Notes: generated by a model from the sequence alone, not told the origin. DNA of 64,000 nt from an uncultured Candidatus Saccharibacteria bacterium (GCA_964618955.1 CAZUBO010000003.1:5250-69249), one strand, 5' to 3'. Shown: positions 10,895 to 21,642, numbered from the stretch's first letter. Numbers and translations: made by a program.

Positions 10895-11881
10895 ATGGAC
10901 GACAAAAATATGGAATGTCCCTTTCTCATTTTTTCTGGTCGTAATTCTCAACCACTAACCGACAAAATTTGCGAATATTTAAAAGGCAAATTGCCTTTTG
11001 ATGTTTGTGGTCAAATCAATGCTGAGAATTTTTCTGATGGCGAGATTAGAGTTCAAATAAAGAACAATGTTCGTGGCAAAGAGGTTTTTGTGGTTCAATC
11101 CACCAATCCTCCAGCTGATAATCTTTTAGAATTACTTATCATTGTCGATGCTTTAAAAAGATCTTCCGCTGAAAAAATAACCGTCATTATTCCATATTTC
11201 GGTTATGCTCGCCAAGATCGTAAGACTCATGGTCGTGAACCAATCACTGCTAAATTAATGGCCAATGTCATTGAATCTGCCGGAGTTAACCGCGTAGTTT
11301 GTGTTGATTTACATGCCGGTCAAATTCAAGGATTCTTTAATGTTCCTATGGATGATTTAAAAACCGTTAAATTGTTTGCTGAACAGATTAAAAAAGATTT
11401 TTCAGATTTTAATAATTTAGTTATTGCTTCCCCTGACGCCGGTGGTGCCAAACGAGCTGAAAAATTAACTTCGTATATGCCCGGAAGTTCTTGGGTTATA
11501 TGTTATAAAAATCGTCACCATGATGGCAAAGATAGCGTTAGCGACTTTAAAATCTTAGGAGATGTTAAAGACAAAGATGTTGTTATTATTGACGATGTTA
11601 CTTCAACTTTTAGTACCATTAAAGGTGCCGCTACCGAGATATTAAATCAAGGTGCCAAAAGTGTTTCGGCTGGTATTGCCCACTGAGCTTGCCCAGACGA
11701 AGTTACCGATAGTCTTAAAGGTCATACTGATATTACTAATATATATATTACTAATACTTGTCCTAGAGCCACTTATCCAATATCATTGGGTGTTGCCAAA
11801 GAAATCGACGTATCCAAATTATTAAGTGAAACTATTCTACGTATTGTTAATCATGATTCTGTATCAGGGTTATTAGAATAA
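10895..11881 (+). CDS. prs: ribose-phosphate pyrophosphokinase
   Basis: Motifs FSDGEIRVQI, YFGYARQDRK, DLHAGQIQGFF and the PRPP loop VVIIDDVTST. Extended past TGA 11684-11686 to TAA 11879. Confidence 0.9.
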
Positions 11882-11936
11882 AAATTCAAAACACAAAAAC
11901 AACGTCCAAAATATGGTCGTTGTTTTTTGCTATCCG

Positions 11937-11965
11937 TTGAAAAAACAAAATTAATATGTTAATAT
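11937..11965 (+). promoter_or_regulatory. sigma-70-like promoter
   Basis: TTGAAA, 17-nt spacer, TAATAT. Confidence 0.5.
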
Positions 11966-11990
11966 ATTAATAGTTTTTGATCAATTACAC

Positions 11991-12236
11991 GGGGAAAAAG
12001 ATATTATATCCTGGCTTAATAAGTCTAGAAAGTGAAGAAGGAGGTAGTTCATCTATTAAAACGCGTGGCAGACATGTCCGTGTAACTCCGAATGGGGAAA
12101 CCTAATAAGCATTATTGCTTATTGCTCTGTCGGGTCTACTGTTTACCGAATTGGTTCCTAGTGGATGCCATATTGAAGAGAGCTTTCGAAATTAGATAAT
12201 ATCTTGCGGTGAGCGAGAGTTCACCGCACCCCCACC
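11991..12236 (+). ncRNA. candidate unclassified structured RNA (about 245 nt) with a tRNA-like end architecture
   Basis: 5' GGGG (11991-11994) pairs with CCCC (12229-12233). The 10-bp helix 11998-12007 pairs with 12196-12205. A 7-bp hairpin gcggtga/tcaccgc (12206-12227) lies between them. Own promoter; terminator at 12247-12277. Confidence 0.4.
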
Positions 12237-12246
12237 TTTAAAATTA

Positions 12247-12277
12247 AGAAGACCAACGTAAAAGGTCTTTTTATTTT
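12247..12277 (+). terminator. intrinsic terminator
   Basis: Stem aagacc/ggtctt followed by a T-run. Confidence 0.6.
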
Positions 12278-12333
12278 TCCCCTATTGAAAAATTACAATA
12301 AATGTAGTAGAATGATTTTATAAAATATTTGAA

Positions 12334-12407
12334 GCCCCCATAGCTCAGTTTGGTAGAGCAGTTGCCTCTTAAGCAAATGGTCGCAGGTTCAAATCCTGCT
12401 GGGGGCA
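12334..12407 (+). tRNA. tRNA-Lys (anticodon CTT)
   Basis: Acceptor gccccca/tgggggc, D arm gctc-agtttggt-agagc, anticodon loop ct-CTT-aa, T arm gcagg-ttcaaat-cctgc. Confidence 0.85.
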
Positions 12408-12448
12408 CAAAAGAAAAAACGCATTGAATGTGTTAAATTAAAAGAACT

Positions 12449-12476
12449 AGGGTTCCTAATATATATTAGGAACCCT
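12449..12476. terminator. perfect 28-nt palindrome, likely a bidirectional terminator
   Basis: agggttcctaatat/atattaggaaccct, between tRNA-Lys (+) and the convergent minus-strand gene. Confidence 0.55.
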
Positions 12477-12488
12477 TTCGAAAATATA

Positions 12489-12827
12489 TTAGATGTCGAT
12501 GATTGTCAACATCTCAATTGTATCAGCGGGGAAGCTTAAATGACACAAAGCTTTAAATTTTTCAAAGATAGTTTTTTCAATAATATGTCGGACAGTCTCT
12601 ATTTCAAAACTATCCATCGCGGTTGGACCTTTTTCTGAATGTAGAATTGTTACAATGTTCGGTTCATAAAATTGAATTTGAAGTTTATGAATCTTTTTTT
12701 GACAATTTATCATAAACTTTTTAAACATTTTCTCCATTTTCTCATTGTCACGTTTGTAAGATAAAGCACAAGGAGACAATGATACACATAATTTTAATAA
12801 ATATTGCTTACCTGGCTCTCCGTCCAT
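12489..12827 (-). CDS. hypothetical protein (112 aa)
   Basis: Start moved to MDGEPG because a GGAGG lies 7 nt upstream; no family recognised. Confidence 0.45.
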   Translation of the reverse strand: MDGEPGKQYLLKLCVSLSPCALSYKRDNEKMEKMFKKFMINCQKKIHKLQIQFYEPNIVTILHSEKGPTAMDSFEIETVRHIIEKTIFEKFKALCHLSFPADTIEMLTIIDI

Positions 12828-12929
12828 AAAAAACCTCCAATTGTTTTGCATAAATTACTAATTTAATACTAGCATATATTTATAAAAATTCAATACAAAA
12901 GGGTTCCCTTAATGGAACCCCAAAATATA

Positions 12930-13187
12930 TTATTTTTTTCATTTTTTCTCCTCGATTGGTTCTAAAATTAATTTCTCTTTTCCACAATTGCAATTGTGAA
13001 AGATATATGAATCTAGAGAATTTATCAAATCTTGATACGGGCCACCATATCCTATTAATAATACCATCTTGCCAGTTACGATATCTGGCAATTGCCAGCA
13101 CTTAATTTTGTCATTGAATTGTTTTCCGCGATTGATTGCCTTGGCCAGTTCTTTTGCAACCTTACCCTTTATCCTCCAAATTTTCAT
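12930..13187 (-). CDS. hypothetical protein (85 aa)
   Basis: GGAGG RBS before MKIWRIKG. TGA 12939-12941 is read through to TAA 12930. A terminator hairpin gggttcc/ggaaccc follows. Confidence 0.45.
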
Positions 13188-13390
13188 TATAAAACCCTCC
13201 AAAAATGAATTTTAACGCCATAAAAGAACAGTGTTCTTATCCTACCACACAGTCCCTCAAAAGACAAGTCTTTCTTTTTTTTTGACTTTTTCTTTTTTAT
13301 TTGCTAATATATCAGTACAAAAATACCCACTGAAAAACAGAGTATTTATTTCGTTTTTAAGCATTAAAGATACTTTTTGAAAAGAATGTT

Positions 13391-13918
13391 ATGACTAAAG
13401 AAAATTTTTCTAAAATTTATGACGATCATTCAAAAGAAATTTTTAACTTCCTGTATATCAGGACTCAGTCTTCTGACTTAGCAAGTGATATTGTGTCAGA
13501 AACTTTTTTCAAATTTTGAAAATCAAATTGTGATAAACCCGAAGACTATTTAAAAAATCCTCGTGCCTTTTTGTATCGTTTAGCCAAGAACTGCTTAGTT
13601 GATTCTTATCGTAAAAGCAATCATTATGAAATTATTTCAATTGATGCTAGCCTTGAAGATTCTGAAAATGAGAATGTTGCTGAAATTCAAATTCAGTCTA
13701 ATGAAGATATCAAGACTGATTATGCTGAATCCGAACAAAAACAAATGGTTTTAAATGCTATCAAGAAATTAAATCCTATGTATGCTAATGTTTTGATTTA
13801 TCATTACATTCAAGGCTTAGATTCTAAAGAAATTTCCATAATCATTGATCGTACTGAATCTAATACTAGAGTTATTATTCATCGTGCTTTAGAATCACTT
13901 AAAAAAGCATTAAAATAA
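13391..13918 (+). CDS. ECF-type sigma-70 family factor
   Basis: Region 2 (ETFFKF-W-K ... AFLYRLAKNCLVDSYRK) and region 4 HTH (LDSKEISIIIDRTESNTRVIIHRA). TGA 13517-13519 falls on the conserved region-2 Trp. Confidence 0.85.
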
Positions 13919-13922
13919 CAAT

Positions 13923-14561
13923 ATGCTTGAGAACGATCCCAATAATATTTTAAATGAATTATCTAAAAGTACTCCTAAAACAATTACATGAGATATTCAG
14001 ACAAAATTAAAACAAGGTGACGTCAATCCTGATGCTCCTACTTTTTATGACACCGAACATGACAAAAAGAATATGCAAAAATTAAAAGACCGATTTACTC
14101 AGATGGAATCACAAGAAGGTGCTTTTAAAAGTATCTATAAAAAATTTTGGAAAAGCTATTTACTAAATCAACCTAGTGATATCTTTCCAGATGAAATTTT
14201 AGATGCTTTTTTTAATAACAAAGCCACTAATTTAATAATTCAAAAGTCTTTTAAAAAAATAGACGAAGATATAATTATTCTGGACCAATTAAATAAGAAT
14301 GTTGGCGAACATGAAGTTATTAAAGAAAAAGATGTTATAAAATATCTAATTAAAAAAGAAACTATTATTGGTAAGAAATTTTGAAAAGATGTAGTGTCAA
14401 AGATTCAAAATGAAGCTCATCGTTTTGCTATTACCGCTAAAGAACAGAAGATTCCTTTCAATAGCGAATTATTACATTCTAAATTGACAATACTTGAGAA
14501 TAGTTTTTTAAATACTCTAGCTGATCTTTATTTAAAAAACAAAAAAGATCTTAAAAAATAA
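13923..14561 (+). CDS. hypothetical protein (212 aa) following the sigma factor
   Basis: Starts 5 nt after the sigma stop; two in-frame TGAs; no transmembrane segment seen. Confidence 0.5.
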
Positions 14562-14563
14562 CC

Positions 14564-15034
14564 ATGTTTGATATTCAAAACAAATCCAGAAATAGAATAA
14601 CTCTCAGCAGTTCTCTTTTGTCAATTGCTATTGGTATCTTTTTTCTAACCATTAATTTAAAATCAGAATTGTTAGAAAACAAATTTCTAATTTTTCAACT
14701 CTGTTCTAGTATTCCTATGTTTTTAACTGCTATTCTTTCGTACTCTAAAGCTGGCTACAGAGAGAAATACAAGTCCTGAGATGGTCTAGGTTGATTTACT
14801 TTTACCATTGGCTATGCCTTTATCATTAATGTTATTAGTATTCTAATTAATATAAAAATTAATCATTCAATCGCTATTTACTTTTTAATGGTTTCAGCCT
14901 TAGGAGCTTTTCTTTATTCAATAGTAGATATCAAAGGTGATAGTGGAACTTTTAAAGAGAGATTTTGCAAAGATTCTTTTTTCTTTAGTATTCTTATCTT
15001 TCTAGGGTTATTTGTAGTTTTAGGCATTTATTAA
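14564..15034 (+). CDS. multi-pass membrane protein
   Basis: Hydrophobic segments throughout; two in-frame TGAs; terminator hairpin atcaatc/gattgat + T-run follows. Confidence 0.5.
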
Positions 15035-15113
15035 AATCAATCTTACGATTGATTTTTTTTAAATTCTACTTTATACTATTATCAATATGTTAATAAAAAT
15101 TCATTTTCAAATT

Positions 15114-17231
15114 ATGAAAAAATTATTTTTAATATTAGTTTTCTTCTTGTTTAACATCAATATCTTTAATGCTAAAGCCGTAACCGAAAGTGGTTTTAAT
15201 AATTTTAATTCCTCTTTGAATATTGGTAACTATATCCAAACTACTTACTATCGTTGAAAATGTAATTCTAATAATAAGTGTGAAAAAACCCAAACCAAAA
15301 CTGATGGCGATTTCGATTCTGAAAGTAAATGTTTAAGTAATTGTCCTTCAAAGACAACAGCTTACACTTCTTCTAACATTAACAATAATTTTAATTTCAA
15401 CTTTACAACAACTTCCACTACTAAAGCTTCTTTTAATTCATATAATTCTAGCAATTTAAATGTTGGTAGTTTTAAAACCACAACTAATACAATAACTACA
15501 TTACCAACAGCTTCTACTGATAGCTTGTCAGGCTTTAATTTTTCAGCTTCCAATCTTCAAACATTAAATTCTAAAACTACTACTCCTTCTGCAACTCAAA
15601 ATACTGCTTTTATACAACCAACTATTAAATCAGATTCTGTAGAAGATTTAGAGCCAGCAACGATTGGCAAAAGTATTTTCAGTAATTTATTACAAGGGTT
15701 GGGTATTATACAGCCAAATTCAACATTAAACAATGGTAATATTTTAACTATCCCTAAACCAGGATCAGGTGATGTTGCTCCTATGGATATTAAAGATGTT
15801 CATTATCAACCTTGCGAAATCAAAAACTTGAAATTATTAGATCCGGACAAAAATTATAAATATGGTGATTATATTACTTTCCAATTTGGTGCCCAATGCG
15901 ATTATCAAAGCTATCAATCCTATGTTCAATTAAAATATAAGCTAACTAATGATAAGTATACATATATGTATGAGTTAATAAATATCTCTACTAGCAATAA
16001 TCTTGAGGTTTCTTTTCTTTTATCACCAGATGATCTAAAAATTATTAATAATAAATTACAATTGAATATTGATATTCATCAATGTCGATATATTAATGAT
16101 GATGGCAAAGTTGAACCCGATCCTTTTTGCCTGGATACTTTTAAAAACAATCAAAACGACTTAGATAGTACTTCTTCAAAAAACTTTTATTTAAAGTTTC
16201 CAAATTCCTTAGAGGCTTCTAATAAATGTAGCTATTCTATTATTTCTCCAGAGAATAATACTACTTTTGTCGAAGAAGGCAAATTAAAGGATTCGCAAAT
16301 AGAAACGAAGCTTTTGGTAAAATGCCCTAAGATTCCCGATAATGTTAAAGCCAATAACGATACTAAAGATATTGTAATCTGAGAAAATGTTTTTTGTAAA
16401 TATAATCTTACTGGGTCTTGAATGCAAATTGGCAGAGATAAACCCTACCAGCAAAGGTCTTATCGGCTAGGAGAAACTACTGAAATTAATATCAATAAGT
16501 ACTATTTTTATCTAGAAGGGATCTTTAATCAGGGCGATATTAAAGATTGCTATATAAAATCAATAATTTCCGAAATGGACTCTAATGGTTTGTTATTAGG
16601 GAGTAAAGAATTCATTACTAACTTTGGTATTCAGAAATGCAAGATCGAAATAAAATTAGACTCTGCAGAGATAAATGATATTAATCATCCGTATTATACT
16701 TCCAAAACACCCAGCATACCTTTAAAAATGATTTTTTATTGTAATCGTGACTCAACCTCACCTCAACCATATTGAGTCCAATGGTATTTTAAAACGGGTC
16801 ATAAAGTTTATGATCAATACTATGGTGGTAGAGTTATGTTCCTTCCAATTTCGAAAGATAGAATTACTAAAATTAGCGATAAAGAATATTTGTTAAAAGC
16901 CAATTTACCATTATCTAGTATAGCTGAGATTATGGAGATAAAAGAAAATGCTCAGTCACCTAGTTATATAAACGTTTTTGTTGGATCTTATGCTACTATC
17001 GAAACCGATAGTAATGGCGATCATTATTTTATTAGTAATAATCTTATAGAACCGACTAAAGATGCTAAAATATATTTTTATTATGATGGTGAAACTCCAT
17101 CAGATAATCCTGATATTCAACCTGGACCTACAACTTCTACTACCAAAGGAGAAAAGGGAGGAGATGATAATTCTCCAAAACCGGGTATCTTAAAACGTAT
17201 TCTAAATTTCTTTGGTATTAATCTAAGGTAA
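15114..17231 (+). CDS. large secreted Cys/Asn/Thr-rich protein (705 aa), paralog of 38392-41733
   Basis: Signal peptide MKKLFLILVFFLFNINIFNA. The N-terminal AVT-x-SGF and C-x5-C ... C-x3-C module is shared with the 38392 protein. Four track fragments share one frame and join through TGAs. Confidence 0.7.
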
Positions 17232-17488
17232 TAAAACAGGGCACTTAATAGTGCTCTGTTTAATTGCATTTTTCATCAAACTATACTGTTCATTATTCTC
17301 AACGTCAATGTCCAGTACCACTAACATCGTTGACTGGGAATATTCTAGTTTTAAGAACTGACCAATAAGGGGGAAATGCAATGGTTTAGTTATACGAAAA
17401 AGTGTAGTATGAATGAGGTTAATTACGATTTTGTAGTGATTTCGTAGTTGTTTTACTTTGTAAATAATAAAAACACTAGTTTTTTTAC

Positions 17489-17516
17489 TTGACAAATAAA
17501 AAAAATTTGGTATAAT
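17489..17516 (+). promoter_or_regulatory. sigma-70-like promoter with extended -10
   Basis: TTGACA, 16-nt spacer, TGG-TATAAT. Confidence 0.6.
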
Positions 17517-17555
17517 TTCTTTAACATACTCTTAACGGTATTTTAAAGAAACAAT

Positions 17556-18176
17556 ATGAATACAATCATGGACTTTGCAAATACATTTAAGAATACAGTC
17601 ATTATATCATTAAGTGACATAAACAAGGAGTTTCCTAAGTTTTATCGCCATCGTTTGACTGAATGACAAAATCAAGGATATATCAAGAAAATTATCCGTG
17701 GTTTTTATATTTTATCCGATTTAGATTTGAATGAATTCACGTCTTTTGCTATTGCTAATAGAATCTATGAACCATCATATATTTCTTTAGAATCAGCCTT
17801 AAGATACTATAACTTCATTCCTGAACAAACTTTTGCTGTGACTTCTATATCTACCCTCAAGACCAAGACATTCAATACTTGAATGGATAGATTTGTTTAT
17901 AGTAGTATTATTCCCAATCTATTCTTTGGTTATGAAATAGTTCATTTCAAGAATTTTGTTTTTAAGATTGCCAATCGAGAGAAGGCAATCTTAGATTATT
18001 TGTATTTTCATCGCCATTTTAAAACCGAAAAGGATATTGAAGAATTGAGATTCAATATTGAAGAGATCAAGAATACATTAAATACTGATAGATTAAAGGA
18101 CTATCTATCAAAGTACAATAACAAGTCTTTTGAAAAAATAATTAATAATTTTTTAAACTATATTTATCATGATTAG
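17556..18176 (+). CDS. AbiEi-like antitoxin/transcriptional regulator (copy 1)
   Basis: N-terminal wHTH-like RLTE-W-QNQGYIKKIIRGFYIL and AbiEi_4-like core YEPSYISLESALRYYNFIPE. Overlaps the downstream toxin gene by 8 nt. Confidence 0.75.
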
Positions 18177-18945
18177 TTTACAAGAGCTCATAAAAGAATA
18201 CCCTAGTAATCTGGCCAGTAGAAGCAGGGCTATTCTTAGAGAATATCTTCAATACAAGATATTAAATATCATTTTTAATTCAAAATTCTTATCTAAATTA
18301 TCCTTTATTGGCGATACTGCTCTTAGAATTGTCTATAATAATCAAAGATTCTCCGAAGATCTTAATTTTGATAATTTCGGCTTAACTATTGAAGAATTCG
18401 AAGAATTAATGAAGATAATAGCTAATAAACTGGAATTAGATGGCTATAATATAGAATACAATGTATCTGAAAAGGGTGCTTTTAGGGGCAACATCAAGTT
18501 TTTAAACCTTCTTAGTCAATTAGATTTAGCTGTTTGTGATACCGAAAAGCTTCTAATTCAAATCGATACCGCTCCTCATAGCTTCTCATATAAGCCAGAT
18601 CTAAAACTAATTCAAAAGTTTGATGTTCTTACAAAAATAAATGTAACGCCTATTAATATTCTTCTTTCTCAGAAGATTAGAGCTTTATTCGAACGTAATC
18701 GTGTTCTTGGTAGGGACGTCTATGATATCATTTTTCTGATATCAAAAACTAAACCCAATTATGATTATCTAAGAACAAAATTAAACATCAATAATAACAT
18801 TGAATTAAAAAATAAATTACAAGAGTTTTTTAAAACTATTGATTTATCAGAATTAGAAAAAGATATTTCAGGTTTTGTCTTTAATCAGGATGAGCTTAAA
18901 AAGCTATCTGTCTTTAAAGATAATATCTCTGAATTCGAATTCTAA
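18169..18945 (+). CDS. AbiEii-like nucleotidyltransferase toxin (copy 1, catalytic motifs degenerate)
   Basis: DUF1814-like. Has IGDTALR and RFSEDLNFD where copies 2 and 3 have GGTALR and RFSEDLDF. Confidence 0.75.
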   Translation: MISLQELIKEYPSNLASRSRAILREYLQYKILNIIFNSKFLSKLSFIGDTALRIVYNNQRFSEDLNFDNFGLTIEEFEELMKIIANKLELDGYNIEYNVSEKGAFRGNIKFLNLLSQLDLAVCDTEKLLIQIDTAPHSFSYKPDLKLIQKFDVLTKINVTPINILLSQKIRALFERNRVLGRDVYDIIFLISKTKPNYDYLRTKLNINNNIELKNKLQEFFKTIDLSELEKDISGFVFNQDELKKLSVFKDNISEFEF

Positions 18946-19012
18946 CTGTTCAAGGAGTTTAAAGATTTATTCTTTCTCAATATAATATAATTAATATGTA
19001 ACAAAACGACCA

Positions 19013-19054
19013 CTCCATACGTCTTATTCTATATATAGAATAAGACGTATGGAG
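19013..19054. repeat. perfect 42-nt palindrome
   Basis: ctccatacgtcttattctata / tatagaataagacgtatggag with no loop and no T-run, between AbiEii-1 and the GHKL gene. Confidence 0.85.
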
Positions 19055-19067
19055 TAATACTAAAATA

Positions 19068-19913
19068 ATGAAAAATATTCTTGTTAGCGATCCCACAAGC
19101 AAATCATTTCAATCGCAATTAATTGCCTTATTGAAAGTCTTTTCTAATTTACAACCTAATGAACAAGTATGCTTTGATTTATCTAATATAAATTGAATAT
19201 GTCCAGTTTTATTATTGCCAATTTGTGCATATATTTATGAAACTAATAGTAAATATACATTACCCATAAATAATAGCGTTAAATCATACATTAATACTAT
19301 TAATTTTCCAAACGGTGTTCAAACTATATTAAATGATCAAAAATATCATACATATATTCCTATAGTTTTCTTGCAAAAAATCAACAGTGTCGATGGAAAA
19401 GAAAAATTAGAATCATGATTTCAAGAATTAGTCTATAATAATATGAAGATTGAGGGTAATAAGAGCGTTATTTTTGCTCCTATAACAGAATTAATCACAA
19501 ATATATTTGAACATAGTGGAAAAAACCATGGTTGAATCTTAGCTCAAATCTATCCGTTTCAGAATTATGTAGATGTTTGCATTGTTGATACTGGTAGAGG
19601 TATTAAACAATGCTACGAAGAGGAATTGAATATGATATTAAATAATCATTTAGAGGCATTTGAAATGCTTGCCAACCGAGAATCGTCAAAATCAAAGACA
19701 GAAAGAGGTTTTGGTGTATATATGTCCAAGGAATTAATCTGTAAAGCTTTGAACGGTAATTTTGTACTTTTATCTGGTAACGCCGGTTGAAATATCGATT
19801 TGGATATTAGTAATATGACCGAAATATCTAATTTCTATTGGCAAGGGGTTATTGCTAGCTATAGAATTAATTTTCCAAACAAGCAAGTTGACTTTTATAA
19901 TTTTTTAGAGTAA
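19068..19913 (+). CDS. GHKL-fold ATPase (RsbW/anti-sigma kinase-like) with about 130-aa N-terminal extension
   Basis: N box ITELITNIFEHS, G1 box VDTGRGI, G2 box ERGFGV. Four in-frame TGAs. Confidence 0.65.
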
Positions 19914-19935
19914 TATATAACTAATAACATACAAT

Positions 19936-20289
19936 ATGAAACATATCAAATTAGATCTGCAAAAAATAATAGCTCCAATTATAACCTCTAGAGATGCTAT
20001 TAATAAGCTAGAAGCTATGATTAAAAAATCTTGATTCAATGAAGTTGAATTAGATTTTTCTGATATTCAGTTTATTTCAAGATCAGCTACTCATGAATTA
20101 TTGCTTATGAAAGAAAGATTCTATAACAGAATGTTTTTAAAGAAAAGTATTATATTTTCTAATATGAATATTGATGTATCAGAAATGATACGCACAGTAG
20201 CTGCTAATAGAGTAGCTCCTAAAAAACATACCGATGAGCAAAAAAGTAAGATTGTGAGTGTTGAACAATTCTTATCCCAAAAGAGCTAG
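19936..20289 (+). CDS. STAS-like protein (DUF4325-type)
   Basis: 117 aa. VELDFSDIQFISRSATHELL matches the STAS/DUF4325 pattern. One in-frame TGA. Confidence 0.55.
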
Positions 20290-20311
20290 AATCAGAATCT
20301 TACTCACCCTA

Positions 20312-20339
20312 TTGACAAATATAAAATCTATGCTAATAT
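20312..20339 (+). promoter_or_regulatory. sigma-70-like promoter
   Basis: TTGACA, 16-nt spacer, TAATAT; about 180 nt upstream of the next ATG. Confidence 0.5.
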
Positions 20340-20521
20340 ATAGACAGTTAAGAATTGATACTCTAGTAGTAATACTTCTGAATTAATGCTTAACTACTGA
20401 AAGAAACAATTTGAGCAATCAGGTTGTTTTTTTCTTTGTCTGACTTTTACACTCCTAGGTGTAACAAAATCAGACTTTCTACGTCTTACTAAGTGAAAGC
20501 ATAATATTAAAGCGAAAAACA

Positions 20522-21388
20522 ATGAAAAATCAAGGTTTTACAAACGAAGAGCTTTCTACAATCCTTCGATCCTTAAAGAACGAGGGTATTTCTAGTTTTA
20601 ACCAATCCAAGGTTAAGGCTAGCGTTTATAATAAAATAACTAATGATGAGGTGACTTTGAACAAGCCAGTTCTCTTATCATTCTCCCGATACATGACAAT
20701 ATTCAAACCAGTTATGGCTGTATTGGCTTTAGCTTTATTTGGTTATAGTGGCATTAGATTTGCTTCTGGCATTTCTCCTTTAAGCCCTCTATATGTAATT
20801 AAAGAAAAAGCTAATGGAATTACTTTATCAGTTCTTCCTGAGAACAAGAAGCTTGAAAAGAAATTCGAAATAACTAATGAGAAGTTAGCAGCTATCAAAA
20901 GTCCTAGTGCTAGCAAAGAGCAGGTTACTAAGTTATCAGCTTCAGTCAAGAACGACTTAACCAACTTATCTACTGATGTTAAGAATATCAAAGATGCTAA
21001 AAAGTTAGTAGCCTTATCAGAGACTTTAGAGACCCAAACAGCTACTTTACAAAAAGAAACTAATCAGTCTTTAGCTGTAACAACTACCCCTACTTTACCG
21101 TCTGATATAAAGGAGACTATTAATAAAGTAACTTCCGAAATCTTAGCAGTAGTCTATGAAGCTCAATCCAAGTCTGACAACTGTCCAAAGTATGTTGCTG
21201 AGAAGATGACTGCTTTAACAGCTAATACAGATCTAAATTACTTTATTCCTTCCAAATATTCTGAAGTCGTTAGTCTTCTAAAAGATGCTAAGACCAAATT
21301 AGAAAATGATGATTGTCTTGGTGCTTTAGCCGCTATCGATACTGTTGAAAGCTACAAATTGAATATAGTAATTCAACCTTCAAAATAA
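20522..21388 (+). CDS. single-pass membrane protein with helical ectodomain (DUF5667-like)
   Basis: Cytoplasmic N-terminus, one transmembrane segment (VMAVLALALFGYSGI), then a long Ser/Thr/Lys-rich helical region. Confidence 0.5.
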   Translation: MKNQGFTNEELSTILRSLKNEGISSFNQSKVKASVYNKITNDEVTLNKPVLLSFSRYMTIFKPVMAVLALALFGYSGIRFASGISPLSPLYVIKEKANGITLSVLPENKKLEKKFEITNEKLAAIKSPSASKEQVTKLSASVKNDLTNLSTDVKNIKDAKKLVALSETLETQTATLQKETNQSLAVTTTPTLPSDIKETINKVTSEILAVVYEAQSKSDNCPKYVAEKMTALTANTDLNYFIPSKYSEVVSLLKDAKTKLENDDCLGALAAIDTVESYKLNIVIQPSK

Positions 21389-21390
21389 TC

Positions 21391-21642
21391 ATGAAAAAGA
21401 CATACGAATATACTGCGATATTTAAGAAAGAAGAGAAGGGAAAAAGATATACTGTTTCTTTTCCAGCCCTACCAGGATGTTTTACCTTTGGAAACAATTT
21501 AAAACATGCCAAAAAAATGGCGCAAGAAGTATTGGAACTATGGTTGGAAGTATTATCTGATGAATTTATGCCAATACCAATAGAAAATAAATCAGAAAAT
21601 GTCCATATCTGTAAAATGAAAGCAACTTTAAAAAATAATTAA
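21391..21642 (+). CDS. HicB-family antitoxin-like protein (orphan)
   Basis: YTVSFPALPGCFTFGNNLKHAKKMAQEVLELWLE matches the HicB/UPF0150 core. No hicA found on either side. Confidence 0.7.
   Translation: MKKTYEYTAIFKKEEKGKRYTVSFPALPGCFTFGNNLKHAKKMAQEVLELWLEVLSDEFMPIPIENKSENVHICKMKATLKNN

Noticed and set aside
12140-12175. SRP (4.5S) RNA, because of an exact CUGUUUACC match to E. coli ffs and CCCCCACC-like ends
   Set aside because: The invariant helix-8 core (GGUCC-GGAA-GGAAGCAGCC) is absent, so the 9-mer match is probably coincidental.
11991-12236. tmRNA (ssrA) identity for the structured RNA
   Set aside because: The acceptor-like helix is GGGG/CCCC, with no G3-U70 pair. There is no GGxUUCGAC-type 5' motif or UUCGA T-loop. 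The frame ending at UAAUAA would encode ...VTPNGET, not an Ala-rich or hydrophobic degradation tag. At about 245 nt the RNA is also short. I kept it as an unclassified RNA.
13224-13238. LexA/Cheo-type box AAGAACAGTGTTCTT
   Set aside because: The GAAC-GTTC spacing is 3 nt rather than 4, and no SOS gene is adjacent. It may still be an operator for the 12930-13187 gene, but I cannot support a LexA call.
15360-15520. NFNFNF / Thr-Ser low-complexity stretches in the giant proteins (also 38690-38720) as DNA tandem repeats or contingency loci
   Set aside because: Codon usage within the stretches is heterogeneous and there is no perfect nucleotide periodicity, so they look like protein-level low complexity rather than slippage-prone repeats.
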